Shown: in pieces, positions 35,460 to 45,099 of the stretch
Layout of the letters: every line of letters begins with the position of its first letter
How positions within the stretch are numbered: the stretch's first letter is position 1
Assembly (NCBI GenBank): GCA_949292885.1
Contig: CASFBD010000001.1
Span: 18,200 to 67,987, forward strand
Direction: 5' to 3'
DNA length: 49,788 nt
DNA from: an uncultured Bacillota bacterium
GTDB lineage: Bacteria > Bacillota > Clostridia > Christensenellales > Borkfalkiaceae
The notes under the pieces: model-generated
Databases searched by the model: none
The model's input: the letters and a program-made list of their open reading frames with translations, nothing else
Told to the model about the DNA's origin: nothing
Made by a program: the position numbers and the translations under genes

Positions 35460-38318
35460 TTATACGTTTCTCCCGATCTGTATATTTCTGAAAGCAAGCG
35501 CATCGCCGGATTCCGCTCCGTCCATGATCACTTTGATGAAAGACCCTCCGATGCGATTATATCCTTCGGTCAGCGTTGTGATCTGGGAAATGTCAAAACG
35601 GACCGTCAGCCATTTTCCCGCCTGGAAAGTTGTTTTGTTTCCGTTTTCATCGTAAAGCGTACCGATCTTTCCGTATTCGCCGAAGTCCACCTCGGAGAGA
35701 TCCGTTCCTGTCGTGATCACATCCCAGACAATGATATCGTTGATCCCCAGCGCGATCTTATTATCGTTTTGAGCGTCATACATGAAAATATCAAAGCTGA
35801 TATAATCGTAATAGATCGGGTTTGCACTCGATACATCCGACGCAAGGCTGATATGCGTTTCCCCGCTTTCCCCGTTTGACTTTGTTGCCGAATTCCAGGT
35901 CAGCGCATATATATCCGAGCCTTCCTTCAGATGTTCCGACCAGTTGCCAAGGTTCTCAAATCCTTCCGTGACCTCTTCGCGCGTATACGACATATACTGC
36001 CTGTAATTGCCGAATTCATCTCCGTACGGCATCAGCACATCGCCCGCTTTAAGCATTTTTAAGGGATCGGAAACCGCCGTAACCGCTTTTTCCACCGTTT
36101 TCATCGTGCCGTCTTTGAGCTTGAAAGTCAGCCGCAGCGTCACCGCTCCGCTTCCTATTACGATAAACTTCCCGTCCTGAACCTGCACCACGCTCGTATC
36201 GGACGATTCCAGCGTCACTTCGTCGGTCACTTCTCCCATCAGCGTTACCACCGGCACCGCTTCGTTTTCGATTGTATCTCCTTCGAACCCGAAATAGGCG
36301 GTATAGTTATCCGTTTTGTATATCCTGATATGGCGGGTGATCGTCTTTAAAACACCGTTTTCAAGCCTGATCCGCACCGTAATGTCCGTCTCGCCTTCCT
36401 TTAAAGTCACAAATTTATTGCCTTCGACCTTGACAAGATCGGTATTCTCACAAGAAATTTCGAGATCCTGCGAAACCATGCCGCCTATTTTCAACGTAGG
36501 CGTTATTTCGGAACCGGGCGCCAAAACATCCCCTTCAAACCCGAAATCAAGATCGAAATTTTCCAATTCGTACATCTCTTTCGTCATGAGTCTGAGATTC
36601 ATGAACCCGACTTTGGTGTAAGTAGGCGCATTGTTCATGATGATACGGATAAATCTTCCACCCACGCCGTAATCGCTATCTCCCAAATTTTCCTCCGTAA
36701 AGGATGATATATCGAACACGACTGTCTGCCATTCTCCCGTCTTAAATGCGGTTTTCAGGCCGTTTTCATCCACCATGTATCCGATGTTGCCGACGGAACC
36801 GAAATTGCAATCTGCCAGATCATCCCCCGGTCTGAATTCCCATTGTGGCGTATTGTTTATGCAATATGCGAGATTGACGTCATCGATCACATCGTTATAG
36901 GCAAACACGTCAAACATAATATAATCGTAATCAAGCACGTTGATATCCGTTACGTCTGCCGCAAAACTGATTGCCATATCCCCGGACAAACCGTCTGTGG
37001 TCGTGCCCACCTTTCCGTTCGCCATCACGATGACGTCTCCGCCGGGAATAAGGCGATCCTGCCAGCCGAGTTCGGCGTATCCGTCGTCCACTTTAAACTT
37101 ATCCATGGTCTGATACTGATAATGCGTGGGATACTGCTCTTTATACGGATTGAAATGATCGTATGCTTTCAAAACCAGACTGTTCTGCTCGACATAGTTG
37201 CAGATCACGTTATAATAGGCGACTTCCGTTTCGAACCGATAGACGTATTTCCCCTTAGGTTGATTTTCTATATGAAAAATTTCATCCAGGATCTCATATC
37301 TGACGGAATCTCCCTCTTTGCTGACCCCGATAATGTCGTCCGTCGTAAAGTGATCGGCTACGCCGCTCAGATCAACGTACGCCAGATTCATATCCCCGGA
37401 AACAAGAGAATATCTCTCTATTTCAAGTTCCGTATCGACGCTCAGTTCCGCTCTGTCCACCTTCAGCCGGATTTTGGAAGAAACGCTTTCCCCGCTGTCC
37501 GATTCAGCCGTTACGCTCACTTCCGTCTCACCATACCTGACCCCTTTCAAAAGCCCCGTATCGCTGACGGTGACAATTTTGTCGTCCCCAACCGAATAGG
37601 TAAACTTTACCCCGTCAAAATCCTCTCCGTTCATTGTGACAACGGGCTCGATCTGATACGTATCCGGTGTAGAACCGTCCTTTATGAAGTCCTTCGCGTA
37701 GATCGTGACGGCAGACGGCAGCTCCATCTGGAAATCGTTCGTCACGTTTACCGTGATCCTGCTTTCCCCTTGAATACCCTTGTATTCCGCATGGACGACG
37801 ACAGTCGTCGTTCCTTTCTTGACCGCTTCGACCAAACCTTCCGACGACACCGTCGCGACGGACTCATCCAGGCTTTCGTAAGTAATTTTGCTGTCGGTAA
37901 TATCGACGCCCTGGTACTTGATCTCCGGAAGGATCGTTACCCCCTCGCGGCCAGCGACAAGATCGATCTCATTCCCCACAAAATTTGTGAGGACGTTCAG
38001 ATCTCCTTCTGCCCTCACCGTTACTTCGCATTCGGCAGATAACTTTCCGCTCTCGGCTTTGATCACAGCCCTCCCGGGATAATTCCCCGTGACCTTTCCG
38101 TCTGCCACCGTCGCTATGTTTTCGTCCGAACTCGTCCAGACGATTTCCCCCTCGCTCCCGTCGGAAAAAGATGCCACCAACTGATATTCTTCCATCAGAC
38201 CGAGAATAATGCTATTCTTGTTCAGTGAAAGCTCCGCTTGTTTGCCGCATCCCGCCAGCGCCAGGAAAAAAACTGCTACCAAAGATATACAAAAAGCAAA
38301 CAGATTCCTTTTCATCAT
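35460..38318 (-). CDS. Surface lipoprotein with multiple Big_2/Ig domains and two related beta-sandwich (CBM-like) domains
   Basis: Lipobox LAGC, Big_2 motifs (WTSSDENIATV, YESLDESVATVS), and a duplicated domain YDYI.FD.F.Y...DENG.KT.F..G.W.TV.FDIS...GG.FI..IM. Confidence 0.8.
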   Translation of the reverse strand: MMKRNLFAFCISLVAVFFLALAGCGKQAELSLNKNSIILGLMEEYQLVASFSDGSEGEIVWTSSDENIATVADGKVTGNYPGRAVIKAESGKLSAECEVTVRAEGDLNVLTNFVGNEIDLVAGREGVTILPEIKYQGVDITDSKITYESLDESVATVSSEGLVEAVKKGTTTVVVHAEYKGIQGESRITVNVTNDFQMELPSAVTIYAKDFIKDGSTPDTYQIEPVVTMNGEDFDGVKFTYSVGDDKIVTVSDTGLLKGVRYGETEVSVTAESDSGESVSSKIRLKVDRAELSVDTELEIERYSLVSGDMNLAYVDLSGVADHFTTDDIIGVSKEGDSVRYEILDEIFHIENQPKGKYVYRFETEVAYYNVICNYVEQNSLVLKAYDHFNPYKEQYPTHYQYQTMDKFKVDDGYAELGWQDRLIPGGDVIVMANGKVGTTTDGLSGDMAISFAADVTDINVLDYDYIMFDVFAYNDVIDDVNLAYCINNTPQWEFRPGDDLADCNFGSVGNIGYMVDENGLKTAFKTGEWQTVVFDISSFTEENLGDSDYGVGGRFIRIIMNNAPTYTKVGFMNLRLMTKEMYELENFDLDFGFEGDVLAPGSEITPTLKIGGMVSQDLEISCENTDLVKVEGNKFVTLKEGETDITVRIRLENGVLKTITRHIRIYKTDNYTAYFGFEGDTIENEAVPVVTLMGEVTDEVTLESSDTSVVQVQDGKFIVIGSGAVTLRLTFKLKDGTMKTVEKAVTAVSDPLKMLKAGDVLMPYGDEFGNYRQYMSYTREEVTEGFENLGNWSEHLKEGSDIYALTWNSATKSNGESGETHISLASDVSSANPIYYDYISFDIFMYDAQNDNKIALGINDIIVWDVITTGTDLSEVDFGEYGKIGTLYDENGNKTTFQAGKWLTVRFDISQITTLTEGYNRIGGSFIKVIMDGAESGDALAFRNIQIGRNV

Positions 38319-38346
38319 GATCCTCCTTTTATTATGTTACTGCGTT

Positions 38347-40221
38347 TTACCAGTTTTCCCAAATTTTATCGATCGATACCCCTTCGCTTTTATGCGTGAA
38401 CCCCAGCCGTAAAACCTCTGTTTTCCATGCGTTTTGCATTTCGGCCAACTGCTTGTCGGAATAATTATTGTCGTAAAGTTCCAGGAGCAAATGCGTATAA
38501 GCCACTTCCTCTCTGGAGATCCTGTCGTAAATGACCTGATACCTTGTCGGGTTCGACTGTTTAAGCGGCTCTATCGCCGCGTAAGCGGATTCAAACATGG
38601 AAATAAAATTTTCGATCGTGCTCTGCGGCCAGTATTTCGTCGACACGGCGTCGTTGACGCCGAACGCGCATCTGTAACCGAGCGTCTGCATGTAATTGTA
38701 CCAAAGCCTGGTCTGTTCGAAAATATTCTGCATCGCATCGCTCGCCGATCCGTAATAATTGTCGAAGAAATTTCCTCTCAGCTCCGTATAATCGCAATTG
38801 ATGTTCCACAGCAGTTTTGAGCAAAGATACGTTTTGAATTCCTCAAAGTTTGATTGCACCGTTATATTGTAGCGCCCCTGATCAAAAAAGTACTTGACAT
38901 TGAAGTCGTCCGCAAGCGCATACGTTTCAAACATGGCGCCGAAAGAATCGTGAAACACGAAATAATCGTTATAATTGGACGGATACGTCCAGATCAGAAG
39001 ATCGTCACAGATCGCGCTCCAACGCCTCAACGTATCGTAATAGAGCTGATTGTCCTGATGCGTGAGCGGCTTGCCGTAATCCGCATAAATCGGCGCATAC
39101 CACACGGAACTGTATTTGTTGACGACCACACTGTCGTCCACGGGAAGAAAATTCCCGTTTTTATCTTCCTTTACGGGCGCAAGCTCCGTCTGATAATACG
39201 CAAAAAATACGATATTGATGATATTCCCGGGGTATTTTTCCGCCAACCACTGATTCAGCTTCGTGGAAAGTTCATTCACAAACTGCACGACCACCGCCGA
39301 ATTCGTACCGTACTTTGCCTTCGCCGCCTTGCACGTATCGCACGTACACCACGCATTGTTGTCCTGATGGGTGAAAGATATGTATTTCGGCAAAGTTCCG
39401 GCCTGAATGTTGTATTCAATGCTGGATTGCATTTTTTCCAGGATCACTTGCTGCATCTGGGCAAGGCTCTCTTTATCCCCGTGCGCCGTGTAACATAGCT
39501 GATTTGCTTTTGCCGATTCCGTGTCGAACCACTCGGAATGACTTTCGGCATAGGTATTCGGATTTACGAAATTAAAGCTCGTATGCGTGACGCCGTTGTC
39601 CATGATGAAGACATCTTTTTGCATGTTCAGCTTTAACCTGGTTGCCGTCAGCGTATCGGAAAAAGACCGCCCTCCCGGCGCGTTGCGCCACTCCACAAAC
39701 GGCTTATACGCGACGTTCATCTCGGAAAACTTTATCTCTTCCGTTTTGTCCACATAAATTTCGTCATAGGTGTAAACTTCATAATTTACCAGCCGATTCA
39801 GCAGATCGTATATGGCGTAGACCGTTGCCCGCGTGGTCGCGCCGACGGCATAGATCTCATCCCCCACGGTCCTGAGTATGTAGCCCGATTCGGACAAAGC
39901 GGATTTATCCGGCTCGATCTCATTTTCTGCCGCAGCCGCCGTCCTGCCGATATAAATATATTTGCCGTCCGCCTGCGCCGCGCTTTCGTCTATGACCGCG
40001 ATCTGTTCGCCTGTCGCCTCATACAAAAAAGTTTTCAGTTCCGCTGCCGCAAATTCTTCGTTGCCGTCGGCGTTTTCCGCGAGGACGGCTTCGTATCGAA
40101 AAGCCGCATTCTCATATAGCGTGTACTGCTCTTTTTTCGTTGCCTCGCCTTTACAACCTGCCGCACCCGTCAACAGAATCAGCGAGAAAACAATTACAAA
40201 TATTTTCTTTATACTTTTCAT
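38347..40221 (-). CDS. DUF4838-family lipoprotein (putative glycoside hydrolase)
   Basis: Lipobox AAGC, N-terminal GH20/GH67-type domain (FAAAELKTFL...ESGYIL...YAIYDLL), QLCYT, DN..WCTCDTC, FFAYY, KLLWN, FFDNYYG. Confidence 0.8.
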   Translation of the reverse strand: MKSIKKIFVIVFSLILLTGAAGCKGEATKKEQYTLYENAAFRYEAVLAENADGNEEFAAAELKTFLYEATGEQIAVIDESAAQADGKYIYIGRTAAAAENEIEPDKSALSESGYILRTVGDEIYAVGATTRATVYAIYDLLNRLVNYEVYTYDEIYVDKTEEIKFSEMNVAYKPFVEWRNAPGGRSFSDTLTATRLKLNMQKDVFIMDNGVTHTSFNFVNPNTYAESHSEWFDTESAKANQLCYTAHGDKESLAQMQQVILEKMQSSIEYNIQAGTLPKYISFTHQDNNAWCTCDTCKAAKAKYGTNSAVVVQFVNELSTKLNQWLAEKYPGNIINIVFFAYYQTELAPVKEDKNGNFLPVDDSVVVNKYSSVWYAPIYADYGKPLTHQDNQLYYDTLRRWSAICDDLLIWTYPSNYNDYFVFHDSFGAMFETYALADDFNVKYFFDQGRYNITVQSNFEEFKTYLCSKLLWNINCDYTELRGNFFDNYYGSASDAMQNIFEQTRLWYNYMQTLGYRCAFGVNDAVSTKYWPQSTIENFISMFESAYAAIEPLKQSNPTRYQVIYDRISREEVAYTHLLLELYDNNYSDKQLAEMQNAWKTEVLRLGFTHKSEGVSIDKIWENW

Positions 40222-40228
40222 TTTTTCC

Positions 40229-43200
40229 TCACGACACCGTTACTTTGATCGTTTTTTCGGCAACGTTTCCCGATTCGTCGATCGCGACATAGATAAGTTC
40301 ATATATGCCTTTTTCTTCGACTTTCATTGTCCCTCCGTTTTCAACCGGCACAAAGATCCCGTTGGAAGACTTTAAAAACACAACGATCTTGATTTTTCTT
40401 TCCGTCGAAACATCGTCCGTCGCCGTTGCCTTCGCGATCGTGACTTCCGCGCCTGTTTTCACTTCGATCGACGAATCATCGACGCTCAATTGGGGAGCCA
40501 CATCGTCTTTGACCGAAATGATATAAGCAAATTCATCCCCGTTGCCCGATCCGTCACGATAGGTGTAAGTAATGATGTATTTGCCCTTTTCCCCGAGTTT
40601 GATCCGATAATCTCTCTTGCTGTCCGCATCCTGCAGCAGAACGCCGTCCTCCGACGTAACGTATCCCGACGCGTCTTCAACCGACAGCGTCACATACGTT
40701 TCACTATCCAATACGTCGGTGCAAAGCATGGCGGGGATAACGATTTCCGTATTCTTTTCATAGCGCCCGCTGATCTCCCCGCTGAACGCTACCTTCGGCG
40801 CGACCTGATCTTCCGTCATATTGTTCAGCGGCTGACCGCAAAGATAAGACAATGCCAGAGCCGTCCTGTCCGCTTCTCCTGTAACGTCCAGTCTGAGATA
40901 GACTTTCCCGCTTCCGAACCCGTCAAACGGTTCTCCGTTTTCATAGGTAAGCGCCGTTACCGTGGAGTTTCCGAACCGAAACGCTCCGTCATACCTGATC
41001 TCCGTTGTCCTCGTCGGGGACGAGATGTCCACGCCCGACAATTTTTTCAGCACGCCTCCGGACGCGACTGCGTCCGTCCCTTCCTCCGTTGCCGTAAGCG
41101 TCAAAACCACCGACTGGCTATCATTTTGACTGTCCGTCAGGGTCAGTTTTATTGTGCGAATCTCCTCTTTCCCCTCTTCCGCAAAGAAACGGAGCGTGAA
41201 ATCGCTTGCGATCAGGCTGTTTATAAACGACAGACTTCCGCTCTCTGCAGTCATCGTAAACACCAGCCTGTTGTCGTACACTTCCCCCGAAAAATTTTCC
41301 GTGACGAAATAGCGCAGAATGTCAATGTCCTCCCCGTTCCTCACGTTGATGACGGGGACCGTCCTCACCGCCTGACCCGAAACCCCGCTCGCCGAAACTG
41401 CCGTGTACGTCAGACGGACTTCCTCGCCTTCCGGCACCAAAGTGTTCCCCGTAAGCGTTCCGCCCTCTGCGCTGACAGTCGCCTTGACCGCCTGCCGCAC
41501 GCCCGAGGAATAGTCGCCCGCATAATAATCGGCAAGCTGATACTTATGACCTTTCATAAAGTACCGCGGGAGCCAGATCGCGTCCTCAAACACCGGGGAG
41601 CTCGCTTTTCCGACGCTGAGCACATAACTTTTTTCCGCAACACGGCCGACATAATCTTTTGCCGTATAGGTCACGGTATAATTCCCGCTTTCGTAAAAGG
41701 TATATTGCTGTTGCGCATCGTCCTCTATTACTTCGCCTGCAGCGTTTCTGATCGTGACCTGCGTGTGTACGTTGCCAAGACCTCCGGACTCGACTTTGCA
41801 TCCGGCAAGCTCTGTCGGCGACGCGACCGTGCCCTGCAACGGGTACCCGTCCGTCAAGGTCAGCACGATCGGCTCCGCCTGATCGACGGCGCGCACTTCC
41901 ACCGTCCTGATCCCGTAATTGCCGAACCTGTCCTTCACCGCATATTCGATCGTATAGTTTCCGCTCCGTTCCGGAACAAAATAACCGTCTTTACTCTCCA
42001 CTAAATATCTGCTGTCGGAATTATAATTGTAATACACCGACGTAAACAGCCTTTCTTCGCCGTACCGATTCTGAGCCGCTGCGTCAAAGATCTCATACCG
42101 ATACCCCACGAGCGCGTCCGGAACGCCGTTTTCGTCATATTCCCCGAAATCTATGTCGGCATAGGTCTTGTCTATGTTGTCGTTTACCGCCGACGAAAGA
42201 TCATAGTCATATATGCTGTCTATGTTAAACTTCGCAAAAGAATTTGAATACCCGTCCGCAAAGATACTCAGCCTAGCTTCTCCCGTTGTAAATCCTGTCC
42301 ATGCCGTATCAAAATCTTCCGTCAGCGAGATCAGGTAATTCCCCGAACCGACATCGAAACAACTTGTTTCTGCATAGAGTTCCTTTGTCCGATAATCAAA
42401 TGCCAACCGCATCTGGTATTTGGAATCGGGAGAGTAATCCGCATTTTCAAAATAGTATCCGGAAAAGCTGAAGTTTGCGGCAAATCCGTATCCGGCCGTC
42501 ATATCTCCGTAATGCGTTTCGCCGCCTTTGATCCCCACATAATTGCCCGCCAGCGTCAGTTTATCCGAATTGAATCCTGCCAGTACAAATGAGGTTTTCA
42601 GCGTGTTCATTCCGCCGTCCGGCGAACTCTTTACGCAAATCACCACGTAATTGTTTTCGTCATATATATCTGTCAGCTTGACATAAAAATGCGTAAAATC
42701 GTTCACACCGATTATGGACGGCGTGATCACAAAGCTGATCAGCGTATCGTCTTTTGTCTTGTTGTTGAAATCGATGATCGGATCGAACTGAAATACGGAA
42801 CCCTGCATCAGCGACACATTCAGACCGCTGTACTCTTCCGCATAGGGATTTGCTCCGTATGACGCCGTATCGGATAACGACGACAGACTGTAAAGTTCGT
42901 CGTAGACATCAAACTCTTCCGTAAGCACATACGTTTCTCCGCCGTACTCGGCGATATACTCGACCACATATTTCCCCGCCACATCCAACGCAACTTTGGC
43001 ATCCGAATATACCCTGTTATCCGGAAAATAAATGCGTTTTTTTGAGATAGAAACTTCCTGACCGTCTATTGTCATGGAGGTTTTATCCAACTCAAACTCA
43101 CTGCCCTTTTCATACGAACTTTGCACGGGCGTTCCGTTCAACTCCGCAGAAAACACCTTTTCCTGCGCGGCCGAAAAAACAAAGAACAACGCTATGCACG

Positions 43201-43249
43201 CAAGCAAAAATACGGCCAACGCCAATGTTATTTTTTTATACCTGATCAT
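40229..43249 (-). CDS. Large secreted protein with Ig-like repeats, function unknown
   Basis: Likely start ATG 43249 after AGGAG, signal peptide, repeated G.Y.I.Y.A.D..GN Ig strands, C-terminal D..AP.L Ig domains. Confidence 0.75.
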   Translation of the reverse strand: MIRYKKITLALAVFLLACIALFFVFSAAQEKVFSAELNGTPVQSSYEKGSEFELDKTSMTIDGQEVSISKKRIYFPDNRVYSDAKVALDVAGKYVVEYIAEYGGETYVLTEEFDVYDELYSLSSLSDTASYGANPYAEEYSGLNVSLMQGSVFQFDPIIDFNNKTKDDTLISFVITPSIIGVNDFTHFYVKLTDIYDENNYVVICVKSSPDGGMNTLKTSFVLAGFNSDKLTLAGNYVGIKGGETHYGDMTAGYGFAANFSFSGYYFENADYSPDSKYQMRLAFDYRTKELYAETSCFDVGSGNYLISLTEDFDTAWTGFTTGEARLSIFADGYSNSFAKFNIDSIYDYDLSSAVNDNIDKTYADIDFGEYDENGVPDALVGYRYEIFDAAAQNRYGEERLFTSVYYNYNSDSRYLVESKDGYFVPERSGNYTIEYAVKDRFGNYGIRTVEVRAVDQAEPIVLTLTDGYPLQGTVASPTELAGCKVESGGLGNVHTQVTIRNAAGEVIEDDAQQQYTFYESGNYTVTYTAKDYVGRVAEKSYVLSVGKASSPVFEDAIWLPRYFMKGHKYQLADYYAGDYSSGVRQAVKATVSAEGGTLTGNTLVPEGEEVRLTYTAVSASGVSGQAVRTVPVINVRNGEDIDILRYFVTENFSGEVYDNRLVFTMTAESGSLSFINSLIASDFTLRFFAEEGKEEIRTIKLTLTDSQNDSQSVVLTLTATEEGTDAVASGGVLKKLSGVDISSPTRTTEIRYDGAFRFGNSTVTALTYENGEPFDGFGSGKVYLRLDVTGEADRTALALSYLCGQPLNNMTEDQVAPKVAFSGEISGRYEKNTEIVIPAMLCTDVLDSETYVTLSVEDASGYVTSEDGVLLQDADSKRDYRIKLGEKGKYIITYTYRDGSGNGDEFAYIISVKDDVAPQLSVDDSSIEVKTGAEVTIAKATATDDVSTERKIKIVVFLKSSNGIFVPVENGGTMKVEEKGIYELIYVAIDESGNVAEKTIKVTVS

Positions 43250-43274
43250 TTTCACTCCTATCGCTATACTCACA

Positions 43275-44171
43275 TCAGCCTTTTATTCCGCCGATACGAA
43301 TATTTCCCATAAACTTATCTTTCAAAGCAATAAACGCCGCCAGCATAGGGATCATAAGCAATACGCAGGCCGTGATCTGCAACGGCGGCCAGTTTGCCAC
43401 GTTGTTTGTCGCGTCCTTGAATTTGTAGATCCCGTATGCAAGCGTCGGGATGCTCGGGATCCAGATCACGCAGGCCATGTAGTCGTTCCAGCGGGGAATA
43501 AATGCGTTGATGAACAAGATCAGAAACATCTGTCCCGTGATCGGGAACATGATGCGCAGCATGATCTGCCAATTATTTGCGCCGTCGATCTTTGCCGCTT
43601 CCGCATACGCGTCCCCTACGCCCAGAAAGAATCCGTAGAAGATCATCATGTTTGCACCGTTGATGCCGATGCTGGAGATCGCCACGTAAAACCAGTTGTC
43701 ATACAAATTCAGGATATCTCTGTAAATTTTCAGCGACGAGGGCAGCGATCCGACGATGGGTACGATCATGAATACGATCACCGCCTTATACAATACAGAA
43801 GAAAATTTGTATTTGAATTTTGCGCAGACGTACGAGACCATCCACGTGCAAAACACGCTGATGAACGCGCCCAGAAACGAATACAAAAATGAATTGAACA
43901 ACATTTCGAACAGATAAACATATCTGGCTCCGACCTGTACTTTTACTTCATTGAACGCCACGACATAGTTGTTCCATTGCCATTCCCAGATGTTTCCCTG
44001 CGGCAAGCCGAAAAGATTGTGTCTGAAATCGAAGTTTGTTTTCAGCGACGTGATCACGCCCCAAAAATACATGTATAACAGAGACAGCGCATATATCGCA
44101 AGGCATAAAAAACAAATGATTTCAAACGGGCTGATTTTTATTTTTCTCTTTTTTAACCGTACTGTTTTCAT
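43275..44171 (-). CDS. Carbohydrate ABC transporter permease (CUT1)
   Basis: EAAKIDGAN, WNDY, multi-TM. Confidence 0.92.
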   Translation of the reverse strand: MKTVRLKKRKIKISPFEIICFLCLAIYALSLLYMYFWGVITSLKTNFDFRHNLFGLPQGNIWEWQWNNYVVAFNEVKVQVGARYVYLFEMLFNSFLYSFLGAFISVFCTWMVSYVCAKFKYKFSSVLYKAVIVFMIVPIVGSLPSSLKIYRDILNLYDNWFYVAISSIGINGANMMIFYGFFLGVGDAYAEAAKIDGANNWQIMLRIMFPITGQMFLILFINAFIPRWNDYMACVIWIPSIPTLAYGIYKFKDATNNVANWPPLQITACVLLMIPMLAAFIALKDKFMGNIRIGGIKG

Positions 44172-45085
44172 TAGTCCTCACTCGGTCCGTGATTATAGAT
44201 CAAATCTCTGAAAAACAACGTGACGGGTATTACGATTACGGATACGATAATACCCCACGCAGCGTAAAACGGCAATTCCACTTCGGTGGCTTCCAGCGTC
44301 ATCTTTGTGAAATAATACCCCACTGTCCACGTCTCGGGATCGGCAGCGGATCCGTAAAAGCCGTATAATCCGTAGTCCGCGGTAAATATCGATACGATAC
44401 CCGCTATAAACCCGATAAATATGATCCGATATATACTGGGCAGCACAATGTGCCAAAACTCCGTGATCGTGTTTGTGCCGTCGATCCTTCCCGATTCCAG
44501 CACTTCCGTGTCCACTGCATTCATGGCTCCGAGCGTGACCAGCAGGCCGCCGCCCATGCTCATCCATAAATTGTAAAACAACACTGCCTGAAACGATGTG
44601 GACGGGTTTGACGTCAGGCCCAAGATCTCTGCTCCAAACAGATCCAGGTATAATTCCGGCAACAGCCTGTTCGCAATAAACCTGTAGATCGTCATCGTTA
44701 TAATGGAAGATATGATCGTCGGCAAAAAGAGCACCACTTTGAAAAAATCCGAAAAAGCCATTTTCTTCCAGACATAGTAACAGAAAAATACCGGAATAAA
44801 CGTCGTCACGACCAACGTCACCAAGTATCCCCACACAGATCTCCAAAGCGCATTTGTCAGATTCTTTGACGTGAATACTTCTTTGAACACATCTGCGAAA
44901 TTCCCGAAACCTGCAAATTCCAGGTTTCCCGTTTCCAGATTCGTTTTCTGAAATGCCATGATCAGCGAGTTAAAATTGATGACAAAATTGTTGAATATAA
45001 AGAACAGTACGGGAAGGGAGAGCGTACAGATATAAAAGATCATATCTCCCCAAACGATTCTTTTTTTTATCTTTTTATTCGCCAT
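44171..45085 (-). CDS. Carbohydrate ABC transporter permease (CUT1)
   Basis: FAGFGNF, LFLPTIIS, ESGRIDGT (EAA loop). TAATG coupling to the next gene. Confidence 0.92.
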   Translation of the reverse strand: MANKKIKKRIVWGDMIFYICTLSLPVLFFIFNNFVINFNSLIMAFQKTNLETGNLEFAGFGNFADVFKEVFTSKNLTNALWRSVWGYLVTLVVTTFIPVFFCYYVWKKMAFSDFFKVVLFLPTIISSIITMTIYRFIANRLLPELYLDLFGAEILGLTSNPSTSFQAVLFYNLWMSMGGGLLVTLGAMNAVDTEVLESGRIDGTNTITEFWHIVLPSIYRIIFIGFIAGIVSIFTADYGLYGFYGSAADPETWTVGYYFTKMTLEATEVELPFYAAWGIIVSVIVIPVTLFFRDLIYNHGPSED

Positions 45086-45099
45086 GTCTTATCCCCGGC

